64,000 nucleotides of DNA, from contig NC_087437.1 in NCBI RefSeq assembly GCF_036321535.1, positions 42,782,001 through 42,846,000 on the forward strand, given 5' to 3'. The position numbers and the translations under genes were made by a program. Origin of the DNA: Camelus dromedarius (lineage: Eukaryota). Shown here one piece after another: positions 36,881-49,798 of the stretch; position 1 is the stretch's first letter; each line of letters opens with the position of its first letter. The notes beneath the pieces were generated by a model. That model was not told the origin of the DNA, did not search any database, and was given only the letters and a program-made list of their open reading frames with translations.

Positions 36881-38196
36881 ATTCATGTTATTTGGGTTAA
36901 GAAAATTCTCTTCTATTTCTGATTTGATAAGTTTTTTATTTTAAATCATAAATTGGAGCTGATTTAACAGAATGTGTTTTTTTTGCATGTGCAAAAATTA
37001 TGCTATTTCCCCTTTAATCTATTAAGGTGTTATATTTTAGTATTATATATCATTCCTATACTTCTAAGATATAACCAACTTGTTCATTATTTATTTTTTA
37101 AATACATAGCAGATTTCAATTTGCAGAGACAAATTTTTAGGAGAGGTTTTTTTTTTTTTTTTTTTGTATATTAGTAATAGGCTATGATCAAGCCTACTGT
37201 GGACCCAGTAATGTGATAAAAACACAAAGCATTAATGGCACAAAATTATGGTCAGTTTATTCTAAAATTAATTGCTTTATATATTAGTAGATAGATCCTT
37301 GAATGATAATACTGACCCCTCTCCTTTTTCTAAGCATAAATGGAAGAAAATTGGTAACTTAGGCTTCTTTGATGTGGTGGGTTTCTCATCCTGCCCTCTC
37401 TTCATTGAAAACAAAACTTAGGAAGCATGTCTCTGAGAAACTAGGCAAGAATTAGGAAGCTGTATCCACTTTCTCTCTTGCATCTTTATCTCACATATTT
37501 TGTGTTTCACTTGTTTACTGGTTCAACAGGAAACTGAAATGAAGGTCACCATGTATTAGATTTTAGTCATTCTTGGAAGTCTTTAAACTGAAATCAAGCC
37601 TTTTTGTTCTAGCCTCACACTGTATTAAAAGTGAAATTGGCCTATAATTGTTTTTTTCCTATACTGCTCTTTTCTGATTTTGATTCAAACTTATATTAAT
37701 CTTACAAAATTACTTGATTGTTTTTCTTTTCTTTCTTTTTTTATGTTTTTGTGTTTGTGTGGGTTGACAGGTAGATTTTTAATTCAGTGATTTAATTTAT
37801 TTAATGATCATAGGTGTTTTTAGATTTTTTTCTCTTTCTTCTTAAGTTACTTTTAGTGAGTTTTATCTTCCTAGAAGATTGTTTGGACTGAGTTTTCAAA
37901 TTTATTGGCTTAAATTTAGTTATAGTGTTATTTTATTTGTATGCCTCTGCTATAATTCTACCTACATATTCCTTATCGATCCTAACATTTTTTATATGAG
38001 TCTTCACAAGTGTTTTCTTGATCAATCCTGACAGATACTTGCTCTTTTGTCTTTTCAAGAGCCAGTGTATTTTTGGTTTATTGATTCTTCTATTGTATCT
38101 TTTATTCCTTTAAGTTTTGTCTTCTTTCTTCATTATTTTCTTCCTTCTATATTCTTTGGATTTATTTATCTTTTTCTAGCTTCACAAGGTGGAAGC

Positions 38197-39229
38197 TATG
38201 ATGATCATTGATTTACTGCCTCTGAGTTTCAAATTGATGCTTTTTTGTTTTTAAAGGCACTTAGCCTTATAAATATTTCTCTTTTGCTTGCTGGAAAGAT
38301 CTTAAGGGACATTCCTGCTTCCTAAGTGGCTTGCTCATCAGATTCCTGGAGAATGTGTTTTTGTTTTTTGTTTTTTTGTTTTTTGCACTGTTTAGTCTGC
38401 ACAGAATCTCTAGTGCTAGATGCCTATAAGGATCAGCTTTCTCCAGCATTTGCGTCTTCTGTGCTTTCTGTAGATCTTGGGTAGCAAAAGCATAGCTAGG
38501 AGCCCTTAACAGCAGAGGCTGGTGCCTCAGCCAAGATCCCTGCTCCTCAAGCAAGATCCCTCCCTTCAGTCCTACTGACACCATGCTAGAGGCCTCAGCG
38601 GGCCTGCCATTCATGGAACTGCTGCCCAACTTCATCCCTAGCAGCTGGCCCAGAACTACGCAGGCCCATGCTGCTCACAAGAAGAGCACTAAATTCCTGC
38701 ACAGGGAGGCTTCTCCAGCTCCTGGTTCCAGTGGCAGTGGCAGCGGTGCCCTTTCTTCCACACCCACCAACCACCTCCGCTTCACCACATACCAGTCTCC
38801 CAGTGCCTGTCAGCCCACCTTGCTTGTGTCCTGGAGGTTTATTTCTTCCACCCAGCCTGATGTGATAGCAGCACTCCGTTTCTTATGTCCCAACTCCAGC
38901 TGCCACCTGCTCATCATCAGCCTCAATTTGTCTGTGTTCCAAAAGGTTGTTCCTTCTTATGTGGACCAGCTCTGGCTCAGCACTGTGGCAGACTTCTTTG
39001 TTATCTAATTGGCTGCAACCACATCTTCTTCAACAAGGTTTGAACCACGCTTTGAAATTTGTCCTCCCTTGGACACTCTCCTTTTATGCATAGGATTGAT
39101 TCCTTTTATGCTTCTCTTTCTATCTGTATCATAACTCTCCAATTACAAGAAATAATTCTTTATCACATGATATTAAATGGCATTAGACTTCCTCATGTTC
39201 CTTTCTCCTGATTGGACCCACGTTATACA
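38197..39229 (+). mobile_element. ERVL solo LTR of the LTR41/LTR52 group
   Basis: Start TATGATGATCATTGATTTACTGCCTCTGAGTTTCAAAT; end TCTCCTGATTGGACCCACGTTATACA; GC-richer than the flanking L1; contains spurious ORFs 38583-39008 and 38267-38635. Confidence 0.65.
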
Positions 39230-39292
39230 GATACCAACTAAATTTTAGCATGTTTTCTAAGAAAAATATGTAAAGCTATTAATTCCTCTCTA

Positions 39293-39980
39293 ATAGTGAA
39301 TTTTTGCATGTGATAGGACTCTTCTGCTGTAAGATTTTCTGTAATAAGAATTAGCTCATATGTGATTGCTAAATAAGAGAATGATGACAGCATAATGCAT
39401 ATGGTGCCTTTTTCATGCATTTGAAAAAAAGCCAACATGTTAATGGTTTTAGTCTTATCAAAAGTAATAGCAGTAAAACAGAAAGTATACTAAAATAGAA
39501 AGTGTACTACTGTTGCTGAATGCTACTAGCTCTGGGTGAATATGGTGCTGTAAATGGTACCTATTTTCAAGTGTTTTTTCCTTTTGGTTTAGTTAAATCA
39601 TGTGCTTCCTCTTGAAATTGCTTATTGTATGATTTTTTCCTCATCTTTATGTGTTGCCCCCTTGCTATAATTCATCTCCCTCAATGCATTCTTCTTATGC
39701 TCAATGTATCCCCTTCTTATGCTTACCCATTAAAAAATGAAGTTTTATATTTACTATAGCTTTTATTTAAAACAAAACATGTCTTTTAAACTATGCTATT
39801 TATTATTTTATTAGGATTGTTATTCTTTTTATCGGCTTTCTAATTACAAAGTGCATACATTTTAGGTTTTTCACTTCTAGACCTATCTTCTGACAGGTTC
39901 TGTTATTTTTAGTGGGTGATTTTGCAGAAATCAAGGTTTTGTAGGAGATAGCTATATCATATTACACACAGAAATCTATG
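39293..39980. mobile_element. Tigger13a-like TcMar DNA transposon
   Basis: AATTAGCTCATATGTGATTG near the left end and GATTTTGCAGAAATCAAGGTTTTGTAGG...CAGAAATCTA near the right end. Confidence 0.5.
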
Positions 39981-40268
39981 TTTCTCAAATATTTCCTAAT
40001 TTCCTTTGTAATTCATATTTTGATATGTGAGTAATTTAAAAACACGTTATTTAATTTCAAATGTATGGAAACTTTTATTTTAGTTTTCTTTTTCTTACTG
40101 GTTTCTAACTTAACTGCACTTCGGTTAGAGAATATGGTATGAATAGTACAAATCTGTTAAATTTATTGAGCATTGCTTAGTGACCTAATGCATTGGATGA
40201 TTTTTATAACTGTCTTCTGTGTTCTTGTATATTCTCTAATTGCTGGATTAAAAGTTCTACATGTCAAG

Positions 40269-40654
40269 TGCTAGAGACTGAATTTTGTCCCTCGAAAATT
40301 TATATTTTGAAGCCCTAACCCCCAATGTGACTGTATTTGGAGATATAGTTCTTAGGGCTAATTAAGATTAAGTGATGCCATAAGGGTAGGGCCCTAATCC
40401 TATAGGACTAGTGGCCTTATATGAAGAGAAGGAGAGCTCTATCTCTCCACGTGTGCACAAAGATGCAGTCATGTGAGCACATAGTGAGATGCTGGCCATC
40501 TACAGGCCAAGAAAAGAGGTCTCAGAATGAAACCTTCCTGCTGGCACCTTGATCTTAAACTTCCCAGTCTCCAGAACTGTGAGAAATAAATTTCTATTGT
40601 TTAAGCCACCCCGTCTGTGGTATTATGTTATACCAACTTGAGCAGACTAATATA
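40269..40654 (+). mobile_element. MLT1A solo LTR, full length
   Basis: TGCTAGAGACTGAA...GAAGCCCTAACCCCCAATGTGA...CCAGAACTGTGAGAAATAAATTTC...GACTAATATA; exact 5-bp TSD TCAAG (40264-68 and 40655-59). Confidence 0.95.
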
Positions 40655-43379
40655 TCAAGCTTCTTAGTTTTTCGTATCTCTCTTGTCTCTTTTTTTCTTG
40701 AGCTCTCAGTTACCAAAAAAACAAAACAAACAAACAAAAAAAACCCCAAAAAACTGTATCAAACTTTTACACATTATTGTGGACATATTTTCTATAAAAT
40801 TCTATCATTTTGTTTTAATAGTTTTGAGAAATACTATTAAATGCATATGTATTTTGAATTGTAAGAGATTCCTGGTAAAATACATCTTTTAAAATTATGA
40901 AGTAAGTATCTATATTCATGAAAACTATTTTGATCTCAGAATCTGTTTTGTGTAAACATTTATAAAACTACACTAGCTTACTTTTGACTAGTAATTTCCT
41001 TGTATATAATTTTCAACAGTTTAATTGCCACCTATTTGCCATTAAGTTTTACATGCACATCTTGTAGGCAATTTAAAAAAATCTGTTCTTGCAGTTTCTG
41101 CACATAAGATCAATCCTCGTATATTTTGGGTTTTCCATTTAGCCTTTTTCTGTAAGTTATTCTTCTTTCCTCTCTGCAATTAGATATTTCTAGTTTGTTT
41201 TGTTTTCATTTCACTTTCCTCCTTGTACAGGTTTTGAAATTTATATACCTTTTTTATAGTCTTTTAGTAACTGTCTTTAAAATTTTAACACGCATGCATA
41301 TGATAATTAACAAAATCTAAGGTTAATCAGCATCTCTGTTTATCTCTAAAACCTTATAAAGATCATAAAATAATTTATTTCTGATTTCTCTTCCTGTCTT
41401 CCATGTGACCGTTAACCATTTTTCAGTTCCATCTTGGTTCATAACCCTTAAATTAATTATTGTTAATATTGTGGATTCAGTCAAGTTTTTGTGTGTTTAT
41501 TCATCTTTACCAATTTCTTTCTCATTTTTTAATGTAGTTTCAGTCCTTGATTCAGTTTATTTCTTTCTTAAGTATATTGTCTAGCTGTTCCATTTTTGAG
41601 CATCTATTGCTGCTACATTTTCTCAAGAATTTTTTCTTTTTCAATCTGAAAAATCCTTATTTTATAATTGTTTGCAAGGCAGTTTCATCAGATAAAAAAT
41701 TCTAGGTTGATAATATTTTCCCTTAATACTTTCAAGATATTAATCACTTATTTTTTATTTTGTTTTGTTTTTGAATTTGTTTTTGATCCACACATCATTC
41801 TTTGTAGGCTTTGTCTTTTAAAAACAGCTAATAGGATCTTCTCTTTCTCTTTGGTATCTGGATGCTTATAAATAATAATCTGTATTTATTTTTACTTACG
41901 TTAGTGAAGTATTTTTTGAATAAATGATTTATAACATTTACTATTTCTGGAATAGTGGAGCTCCTTATTTCTTCTATTTTTACCTCTTATCCATTCCCTC
42001 TATTCTTCTTCTTTAATATCAGTTAGATGTATGTATATTGGACCTTCTTATTCTGTTTTCTAGATCTCTTACTTTGTTTATTTTTTTCATCCCTTTACTT
42101 TTTCTGCTACCTTCTGGTTAACATCCACAGAGCTGCCTTCCAGCCTATTATTTATCTATTCACTTGTTTTTGTTCTTCTGTTTACCTGCTATTTGGGTTT
42201 TTATGTTTAATGACAATATTTTTCATTACTGAAATTTTAATTTTGTAGTTTTCTTCAAATATGCTACATATTATTTTTAATGGTATTGTGCTCTTTTGTA
42301 ATCTTTCCACAACAGTTTTCATTCTTTTTAAATGTACCTACAGTATCTTCTAAACCTGAAAATTCCATTATTTTATATTCTTAGAGGCTTCTTTCAACTG
42401 TTTTTCAGTCTGTGAATTGGTTTGTTTCCTCTATGTAATTTCAATAATAGGTTCATATTTGGTGAGACATTATCTATGATAATCCTCTGAGACTTGTTCC
42501 AAGGTGTATCTCTTCAGAAATAATATGTATTTTTTCAGGTGCAATTGATTTCTGTCAACATGAAACTTCTTTATGTTATGAAGTTATCTGGATCATGTAA
42601 GTAGTCAAAATCAGACCTATACAAGAGGAAACAATCTTTTTCATCTCATGAAGATAGAGAAGGGTTTTTTTTTTTCTTTTGATACCCTTGTTGATTTTTC
42701 TCCTAGTTCACTCTTTTATAGCCTTTGAAGATTTAAACTCTATGATGGGGCATCAGTTCCAATAACCCAACTTATGTGGATCCCATGTCGTATCTCCTGT
42801 CTCTGTGAGACTTTTAAACCAAACCCCCTTGGTTATTGAAATAGACTAACATGCCACTCTGGTTTTCAGCCTCATAATCTCCCCTACCCCCAGTTTTTTT
42901 GTTTTTAACTCTTTGAATTCCATTACTTTCTTGTTTGCTCAGTTATGAATTTAAAAGATGCTTGTTATCTTAAGACCAACATTTCTAGACATTTTGCATC
43001 AGAAGATCTTTCAGGTTGTTTAGTCCACTATATTGTTTAAGTCAAAGTCCACTATTATTTTTTAAAGGCTTCCACAACAAATTCCCTTTGAAACATGGAT
43101 TATTTTATCACATTTATTGGAAAGAGATAAAAAAGAACTAATATTTATCGAGTAGCTAAATGTGACAGGCACAGAAGGTGTGCTTCAATTGATATTTTTT
43201 CTAAGTTTAAATAACTGACATCTTGTGTCTTTAATAATTAATTATAGTCAGTAAATTTAAAAGAAAAAAAGAGAACCTGTAATTCAGGAGAGTTTCTAGA
43301 ATATAAGGGGCAATCTTGCTCTATATTTCAGGGACCCTATAAAATAGATAGTGAGTGGAGAAGAGAATATTGAAGACAG

Positions 43380-44350
43380 TGTTAATTTGTTTCTCAAATG
43401 ACCTTTAAGATAACCTTATTTGCCACTGGGGCTCAGTTCTCTCCATTTCTTGGAACAGTTTAGCTTTGTTTTTGTTCCCACATCGACTTAATTCTCTGAC
43501 ATGCTTTTTCATTATTGTCACAGAATGGCTGCTGTACTGCCATTGCTTACATTTTTTTCATAACTTTGTGCCTGTTGGAAAATAATCCAAGTCTCTTTAA
43601 GTAGTTTTCACTAAAGTCCTGAGATTTGTTGGCTTCACTAGGGTTACATTCTTACCTAATCATAAACATTAAGCAAATGTAATGTCCTGAGTGAATTATA
43701 ACTAAGTCAGGTGTTTGAACCAGTGAATGGGGGCCGACTTAACTCCATCAGGAGAATATAGACTGAGAGTGACAGAGATTAAAATATAGAAAGTTTTTTG
43801 GTATCTAAAAATAATATATTTCCATTGCCTACCTGACCAATTTCCTGTTCCATATTTACTATACTTATCCATCTGTCTTAGTTATGCTCTCAAAATGTTC
43901 ATGTCTATATTAAATATCCTCACTTTGTCCAAAACAGGAGGCAACTGAAGTCTCATCTAATGATATGTTCAGATCTCTGTGTAATATATAAGTTTTCCAA
44001 GTCAATTCTAATTTTAGATCCTCATGATTTTCTAATATCGGTAATTGGTAAGTGTATTTATTCTCCAAGTACTATACGTAAAATGATGGAAAAATGAATA
44101 TAATTACTGCAATAAAAGTGGTAATGAAAAAAAAAAAACACAGGCTCATCTCAGATAATGATATAATAGACAGTATCCTTCTAGGAAGGAGTAACAAGGA
44201 ATCACTGCCCTAGAAAAGGATTGAGTTGCTGAATCAGCTAGTTTGGTTCATTGTAAGGACCTTCCCCATCCAGGGTCATCTATGACAACATTGGGGGCAG
44301 TTACTGGAGAGCATGTTCTAAGTGGAGAGAGACTTTAACTAGAACTTTAA
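43380..44350 (-). mobile_element. MLT1 LTR plus MaLR internal sequence remnant
   Basis: CAGAATGGCTGCTG LTR motif, then CAACTGAAGTCTCATCTA resembling antisense MLT1-int. Confidence 0.45.
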
Positions 44351-45322
44351 GAACCATCTTGTAAAGTTTCTGGTACTTCATCTTAGTAGTTCATATGGTT
44401 CTTTCCTTTTATTAGACTCTAAACTCTTTGGGGGGCAAGGATACATTTTATCCACATTTTATCTTCAACATGAAGCATTATGATGAGTATAAAATAATGA
44501 CTTAATGTTTGCTGAAAAAAATAAGTGAATGAATGAATAGAACTAAAAAGTGAATAACAGAGCTAGAAGGGCTCTTAGGAGATGACCTTGTCTTGCTGTA
44601 TTTTCAGGAAAATAAATGTCTGAGGAAATAGGAGATAAAAATAATGATTTATTTTATGTAATATTAAGTTTGACATGTTTTTGTTTCACATAAAATTAAA
44701 TTTTCTTCTGGGATAACTATGTTTAATAAATAGCAAGGCCTTACAGAAGAGTCCAAATAAAATTTGTCTTACGTAATAATCTTGAAGATTTCGAATTACT
44801 TTTAGGAAATACATTACTTTTTATTTCCAAGTCAATAAAATATCTGATATCATATAAAGATTTAATCATCCACACCTCAATGGGGCTACTATAGAGTTAG
44901 CTGGTGTTTTTGAAATTGCCTTTTCCTTGGTTGTAAAGAAATATCTGCAAAGCAATTTCCCATTCATAAGTCTTATATATATACATATGTTATATATGTG
45001 TGTGTATATATCTATATGTATATATTGCTACTTTATTCCTAATTCTTTCCACAGAGGTCATAACAAGTTGAATAAGATTGTCATCTTCATCATTACTTTG
45101 ATAACTCCTTGTCTGATAGTGGAGGCTGGATGTTAACATGTATTGCCTTTTTGGATGTTGCCACTTTAATCTGATCCTCACTGGGCTTGTTAACAATTAC
45201 AAAACCCACTGAGATGTCAGTAATATTCTGGAAATTTTTTCTAGTCTTTTGTGTAGATAGTTTTATAATATTTATTACTTTTTGGCTTACTTATTGTCTT
45301 TGAAACAAACTTTATTCTAAAT

Positions 45323-45861
45323 CAGTGTTTCCCAAACTTCGGTCATTTATGAACTACTTTTATGATTTTTGCAAAGTGTTGGAAACCACTAATTTTTAGT
45401 ATTTTTTCTTGAAACCAATTCAAATTTTTACTTACATTTTTACTTACATTTAAGGAATACAAAATTTTACTTATATTTGAGGAATCTTTATCCTATCACT
45501 AAAATATAAAAGAAATATGTTTTTCATAGATAGCTTACTGTAACAACAAATTACACAGAAGCAAACAAAAATCATTAAATTCTAGCTAAGTATCATTGTC
45601 TGCTAAAGTATGGGAGCTTAAGATAAAATTCTCATGAAAAAATAAAGATTAGCTCATATTAGAGCGATATTAAATAAATGTTAGCCTTAAATTGAGATTT
45701 CTTTCACATTATTAGGTTGAAAGAAAAGGAAGTGAGGTTCCTGCTATCTGAATTAATACTATTTTTACTATGTCCTTTTATCACATATCATGTCCAATGT
45801 TACCTAAAACCATGTCTCTACCACCAGTATAGTTTCTGTTCCTCAATTTTGGGAACTACCA
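45323..45861 (+). mobile_element. MER113 hAT-Charlie element
   Basis: TIRs CAGTGTTTCCCAAA / TTTGGGAACTACCA; TSD TTCTAAAT / TTCTAAGA (6/8); internal ATTAAATTCTAGCTA. Confidence 0.82.
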
Positions 45862-46229
45862 TTCTAAGAATTCTCCTCAGATATATCACACACAGTTTTA
45901 AATTGTGCAGTATGTGTGTGTATGTTGTGTGTGTGTGTGTATAAGATGGGTGTGTGCAAGGGAATATGAAATATCAAAAGCTTATAGTTTACATATCCTT
46001 ACAGAAATAGATGAATACCTTCAAATAAAGTTTTATGTATACTATATTTTGCATAAACATTTTCTTCAACTTTTAAACTTAACTTATTGGTTTTCATTTA
46101 AGTAACTGTTTAGTCCCAAATCGGGAGAAATTAAGACTTACCCATTTTTAATAGAGAGGAAAAATGAAAGTTCATTCTGGGATTTTTGTTTTATCGATTT
46201 TTGCTCTTGGGTCCCTCTTTTTTTCCTCC

Positions 46230-46850
46230 CTCTCTTCTCCTGCCCAAGCCCTAATATGTTCCCTACTCAACAGCCCAAATGATCTTTTATGAATCAGGTA
46301 GAAATCTGGCTCTGCTGTATAACCTTTTGTGGTTTCCCATGCAGCTGAGAATAAAATTCTGAGTACATGCTTCAGCCTGAAGACCTTCCTTGCCCTGGCC
46401 CCTGCTCACCTCCTAGGGTGCTAATCATCCCAGCTCACCAAGTGGAGCCACTGTGGTCTTATTTCTGTTTTCAAAGACTTTTCCTGCTTTAGATCTTTTC
46501 CACTTGCTGTTTTGTTTTTTTTTTTTTTTTTTTAGTGGAATTCTCTTCCCCTGGGGCTTCAGCGGCTGCTTCTTTCTCTTCCTTAAGTCTCAGGTTAAAT
46601 GTCTTTCAGACTGTTCCTGTACACCCTTTATAAGTGGATTGTCCTTCATGTAGTATTTTCTGTTTCCTTCTTATGCTTAGCATTTTGGATTCTGTAGCTG
46701 TCTCTTTCCTTGTTTATTTTCTTCTTCCATACTAGACACTAAGCTCTATGAAGGCGGAGCTTATGGGTTGGTTTCAGTTGCCATGGCATACGCTGTCCCA
46801 ATACCATTTTTGGTATATAGAAGCACTAAACATACATTGAGTGAATTAAT
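46230..46850 (+). mobile_element. L2a 3' region
   Basis: GAGAATAAAATTC...AAGTCTCAGGTTAAATGTC...ACTAGACACTAAGCTCTATGAAGGC...TTGAGTGAATTAA. Confidence 0.85.
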
Positions 46851-47621
46851 TCTCTTCAAAGACTTGTTTTATTTGTTTGGTAGCCTACGCTGATAATAAT
46901 CTCCCTCTTCAATAATTACTTTGTTAACAAAGGAGTGTGTGCTGTGTTCAGTATTCAGAGAGTGAACAGTTGAATAAAGAGCTTCCCTTAGTTTGTAATA
47001 GTGCTTAAAACTAATTGTAGTGGCTGAGCATAAGGGGCAGCGTAAGCATCAAAGATACATGGCTTTGCAGCTTCAAAGGCAAGGGAGCACTACCACTTTA
47101 AATCTTCTTCTAATGATCTCTTTATAATTATGAATCCCTAAGAAGATATTCTACTGCTTTCTGTGTTTGAAAATCTGCTTAACTATGCTTAATTCTTTTG
47201 CTTTGGCTTATCTCCAGACTCTGAAACTTTCTTTGCCTAACTAGAATTGCATTTGGACTATGGAGGAAACAGTTATTGTTATACATTTGTAGGTGTGAAC
47301 ACCAGCTGCTTGTGGAAATTTGAATTCATTAAACATATGAGTTCATAAAAAACAATCAAAGAAAACTCTGAGTTCGTGGATTTATACCTGAACCTGAATT
47401 TTACTACTGATTTACTGTGGCAAATATAAGCAATCGGTCAAATTTTTGATGTGTCTGTTACTTCATTAATAAAATAAATATATTTATTCACTCTTATCCA
47501 ATTTCCACAGGGACCTTACCTAACACCTTTGGAAAATAACTGCAAATACTCATAATGAATATTTTTGTAGGACACACACAAATGCACGCATGCACACATT
47601 TTTTCATTTTATACCTGTAAT

Positions 47622-47996
47622 TGTGCCAGATACTGCTGGTTGACCACTAACAATGTGTTCATCATGCCCTACTGTGGAGTTGTTGCTGGGTAATGGCTGC
47701 CCCTTAAAGGACTATTTCTCAGCCTCTTTCCCTTCCATCCCTGTGACCAATAAATTGTGTGCACCTCCAGGCTGAGAGAGGTAAGCATGAAATATGTGAT
47801 CCTCAGTGTTCTGTTCTGTGGAGCCAAACAATGAAATCTTGGGTCCTTGAATCGCAGCTAGTAGATGAGCTGCCCAAAGAGCCACACACCAGGAGCATCA
47901 GATTTGGACTTCACAGGAGTGAGAAATAAACTTTCATTTTGTTGTGTCACTGAGAGTCAGGGTTGGTCTATTACAATATTTACCCTAATAAATACA
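47622..47996 (+). mobile_element. MLT1J/I-type solo LTR
   Basis: TGTGCCAGATACTGCTGGTTG...GAGTGAGAAATAAACTTTCATTTTGTT...CACTGAGA...TAAATACA. Confidence 0.8.
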
Positions 47997-48150
47997 ATAT
48001 AAATGTATTATATATATTCTATAAGCATATGTATCTGTATATAATATATACTATATACATTCTGTAAGTATATATATGAAATATATATAGTGTATATATA
48101 TTCTATATAGTGTGTGTGTGTATATATATACATAAATAAAATGTATGCAT
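47997..48150. repeat. TA/TG-rich low-complexity tract
   Basis: Interrupted (TA)n and (TG)n runs. Confidence 0.85.
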
Positions 48151-48295
48151 ACAGTATTACAGAGCTAGTTAAACTCTCATTTCACGAATGAGGGGCCTGA
48201 GGAAAAAGAAACTTTGAAGAGCACTGAGCAAACACTCAGGTTACAGAATGCATTTGGTAGCAGCTAAACTAAAGCCAATGCTTCATCCATTATAG

Positions 48296-48520
48296 TAGGA
48301 TTCAACCAACTTTGACCTTCAGGTCAAATCAGGCCCATTTCCTGTTTCTTTATAAGTAAGTTTCATTAGAACTCAGTCACACTTATTCATTCACATATTG
48401 TCTAAGGCTGCTTTCTCAGTACAATGGCAGAATTGGGTAGTTGTAACAAAGGCCATACGATCTGTAACTGTAAAATATTTACTGTATGGCCTCTTTGCAG
48501 AAAAAGTCGGCTAATCTGTG
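48296..48520. mobile_element. MER58A hAT-Charlie MITE (adjacent antisense MIR ~48160-48285)
   Basis: CATTCACATATTGTCTAAGGCTGCTTT...AAAATATTTACTGTATGGCCTCTTTGCAGAAAAAG; TSD CATTATAG / CATTGTAC (6/8). Confidence 0.9.
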
Positions 48521-49784
48521 CATTGTACGACTCTCCAGCTGACCCCTTAAGGTAACTCTCGATATAGCATGTGATAAAAAAAAAAAGTAGGCTGTAAATT
48601 TTATACCCCTCCCATACTTGTGGGAACATAGGAAGATCCTTTAACATCACTTCATGCTTCTTCTCTTTATTTCCTTTCTCTATTTACTTGAAGAACCATC
48701 CTAGCTCTTAATGATTATTGGGAAAGAGGTGGATCCAGCTTCTCCTCTTGCTTCTGGTATGATCTGAGGGAAACTTCAAGGAGGCAGGACTTCAGAGTGA
48801 AGTGAAAGAATAAGACTTGCTTCCCCATTTCTCCTCCTTCCCCACCCCAGTGCTGAGCCTGGGCACCTGCCGATTAGTGCATTTCCTCAGGCTTTACCTC
48901 AAGGTATCTGGTCAAATGGCCAAGGAAGCAAGGAACCTGGTACTTCTATTAAACTCGGAAGAACTTTTTCTTAGTCTTTTCTGTCTTCGGAGATTCCCTG
49001 TTTTCTACAGAGGTGTTTCTTAACGTTTTTCACACGTTGTCACTCAGGACATATGTCCCATGTTGGCATTGATGAAATAGATTGTTGGCACTGTTCAGTT
49101 CCGAATTTTCATACATGTGATCCCATTACTTTCTTTCCCACTTTACAAAAATACATCAGACCGCAGGAAAAAGACATTTATTAGAGGACTAACCTTAAAT
49201 TCATTATAATTTATTTTTAAAAAGTATATAGAAACAGTGATAATTTAATGTCATTCATCATAGCTATTTGTTCCATCACTCATAGCTGATTCTGATAAAC
49301 AAGCTTGCTCTGACACCATGTGTGAAAAGAACTGAGTCTGTATGAAAAGGCAAATACTGAGAAGCTCATAATAGGACTTTGTTTTTGTGTTGTACTTTCA
49401 ATAAAAATTGATTTGAGTGGACAAAACTTAAAGAAAACAAAACATCTTGGAAAATCCTTTTGAGTTTATTGTAGGAAAAGTCAAATAGGAGAAAAGATTC
49501 AAAACCATGCTACTGTGTTTCTCAGTGTTCTTGAGGGGGAACAAATTGGAGTCAGAATCCAAAGGCAGTGTTAAGAGCAGTGGCACAGCTTAACCCATCA
49601 TTGGGGCTGTTTAGAGAAAAAACAAAAAAGATTTGTGGCAAATGGCAATCGGGGTGCTTCCAAGACACCGTAACACCATTAGGCCTCTGTCCTTAGTTAG
49701 CAGTGGTCCCTTCCAACTTTTCTTCCTCAACTTCCGCTCCCATAATTCCTGCATCAGCTTAACCTGATAGAGTCTCTGTTCTAA

Positions 49785-49798
49785 CCGCCAGATGGAGC
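49785..49798 (+). promoter_or_regulatory. CTCF-like motif
   Basis: CCGCCAGATGGAGC versus core CCASYAGRKGGCRS, in unique sequence that retains CpGs; binding not demonstrated. Confidence 0.45.

Larger units (their letters stand above)
34330..43050 (-). mobile_element. Composite of decayed antisense L1M/L1ME segments (3' UTR, ORF2, ORF1) carrying several later insertions
   Basis: Repeated antisense L1 motifs: ATATTCCATCGTATGA, TATCCTTGCCTTGTTCCTAATCTTAAAGGGAAA, ATTGACTTTCGTATATT, TTGCTTAGTGACCTAA. Confidence 0.75.

Noticed and set aside
38583..39008. Longest ORF (141 aa) and the overlapping 122-aa antisense ORF
   Set aside because: They lie entirely within a GC-richer ERVL LTR; low-complexity S/P/T/A peptide with no recognisable domain.
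46777..46790. X-box-like GTTGCCATGGCATA
   Set aside because: Two terminal mismatches, inside an L2 remnant, no other support.
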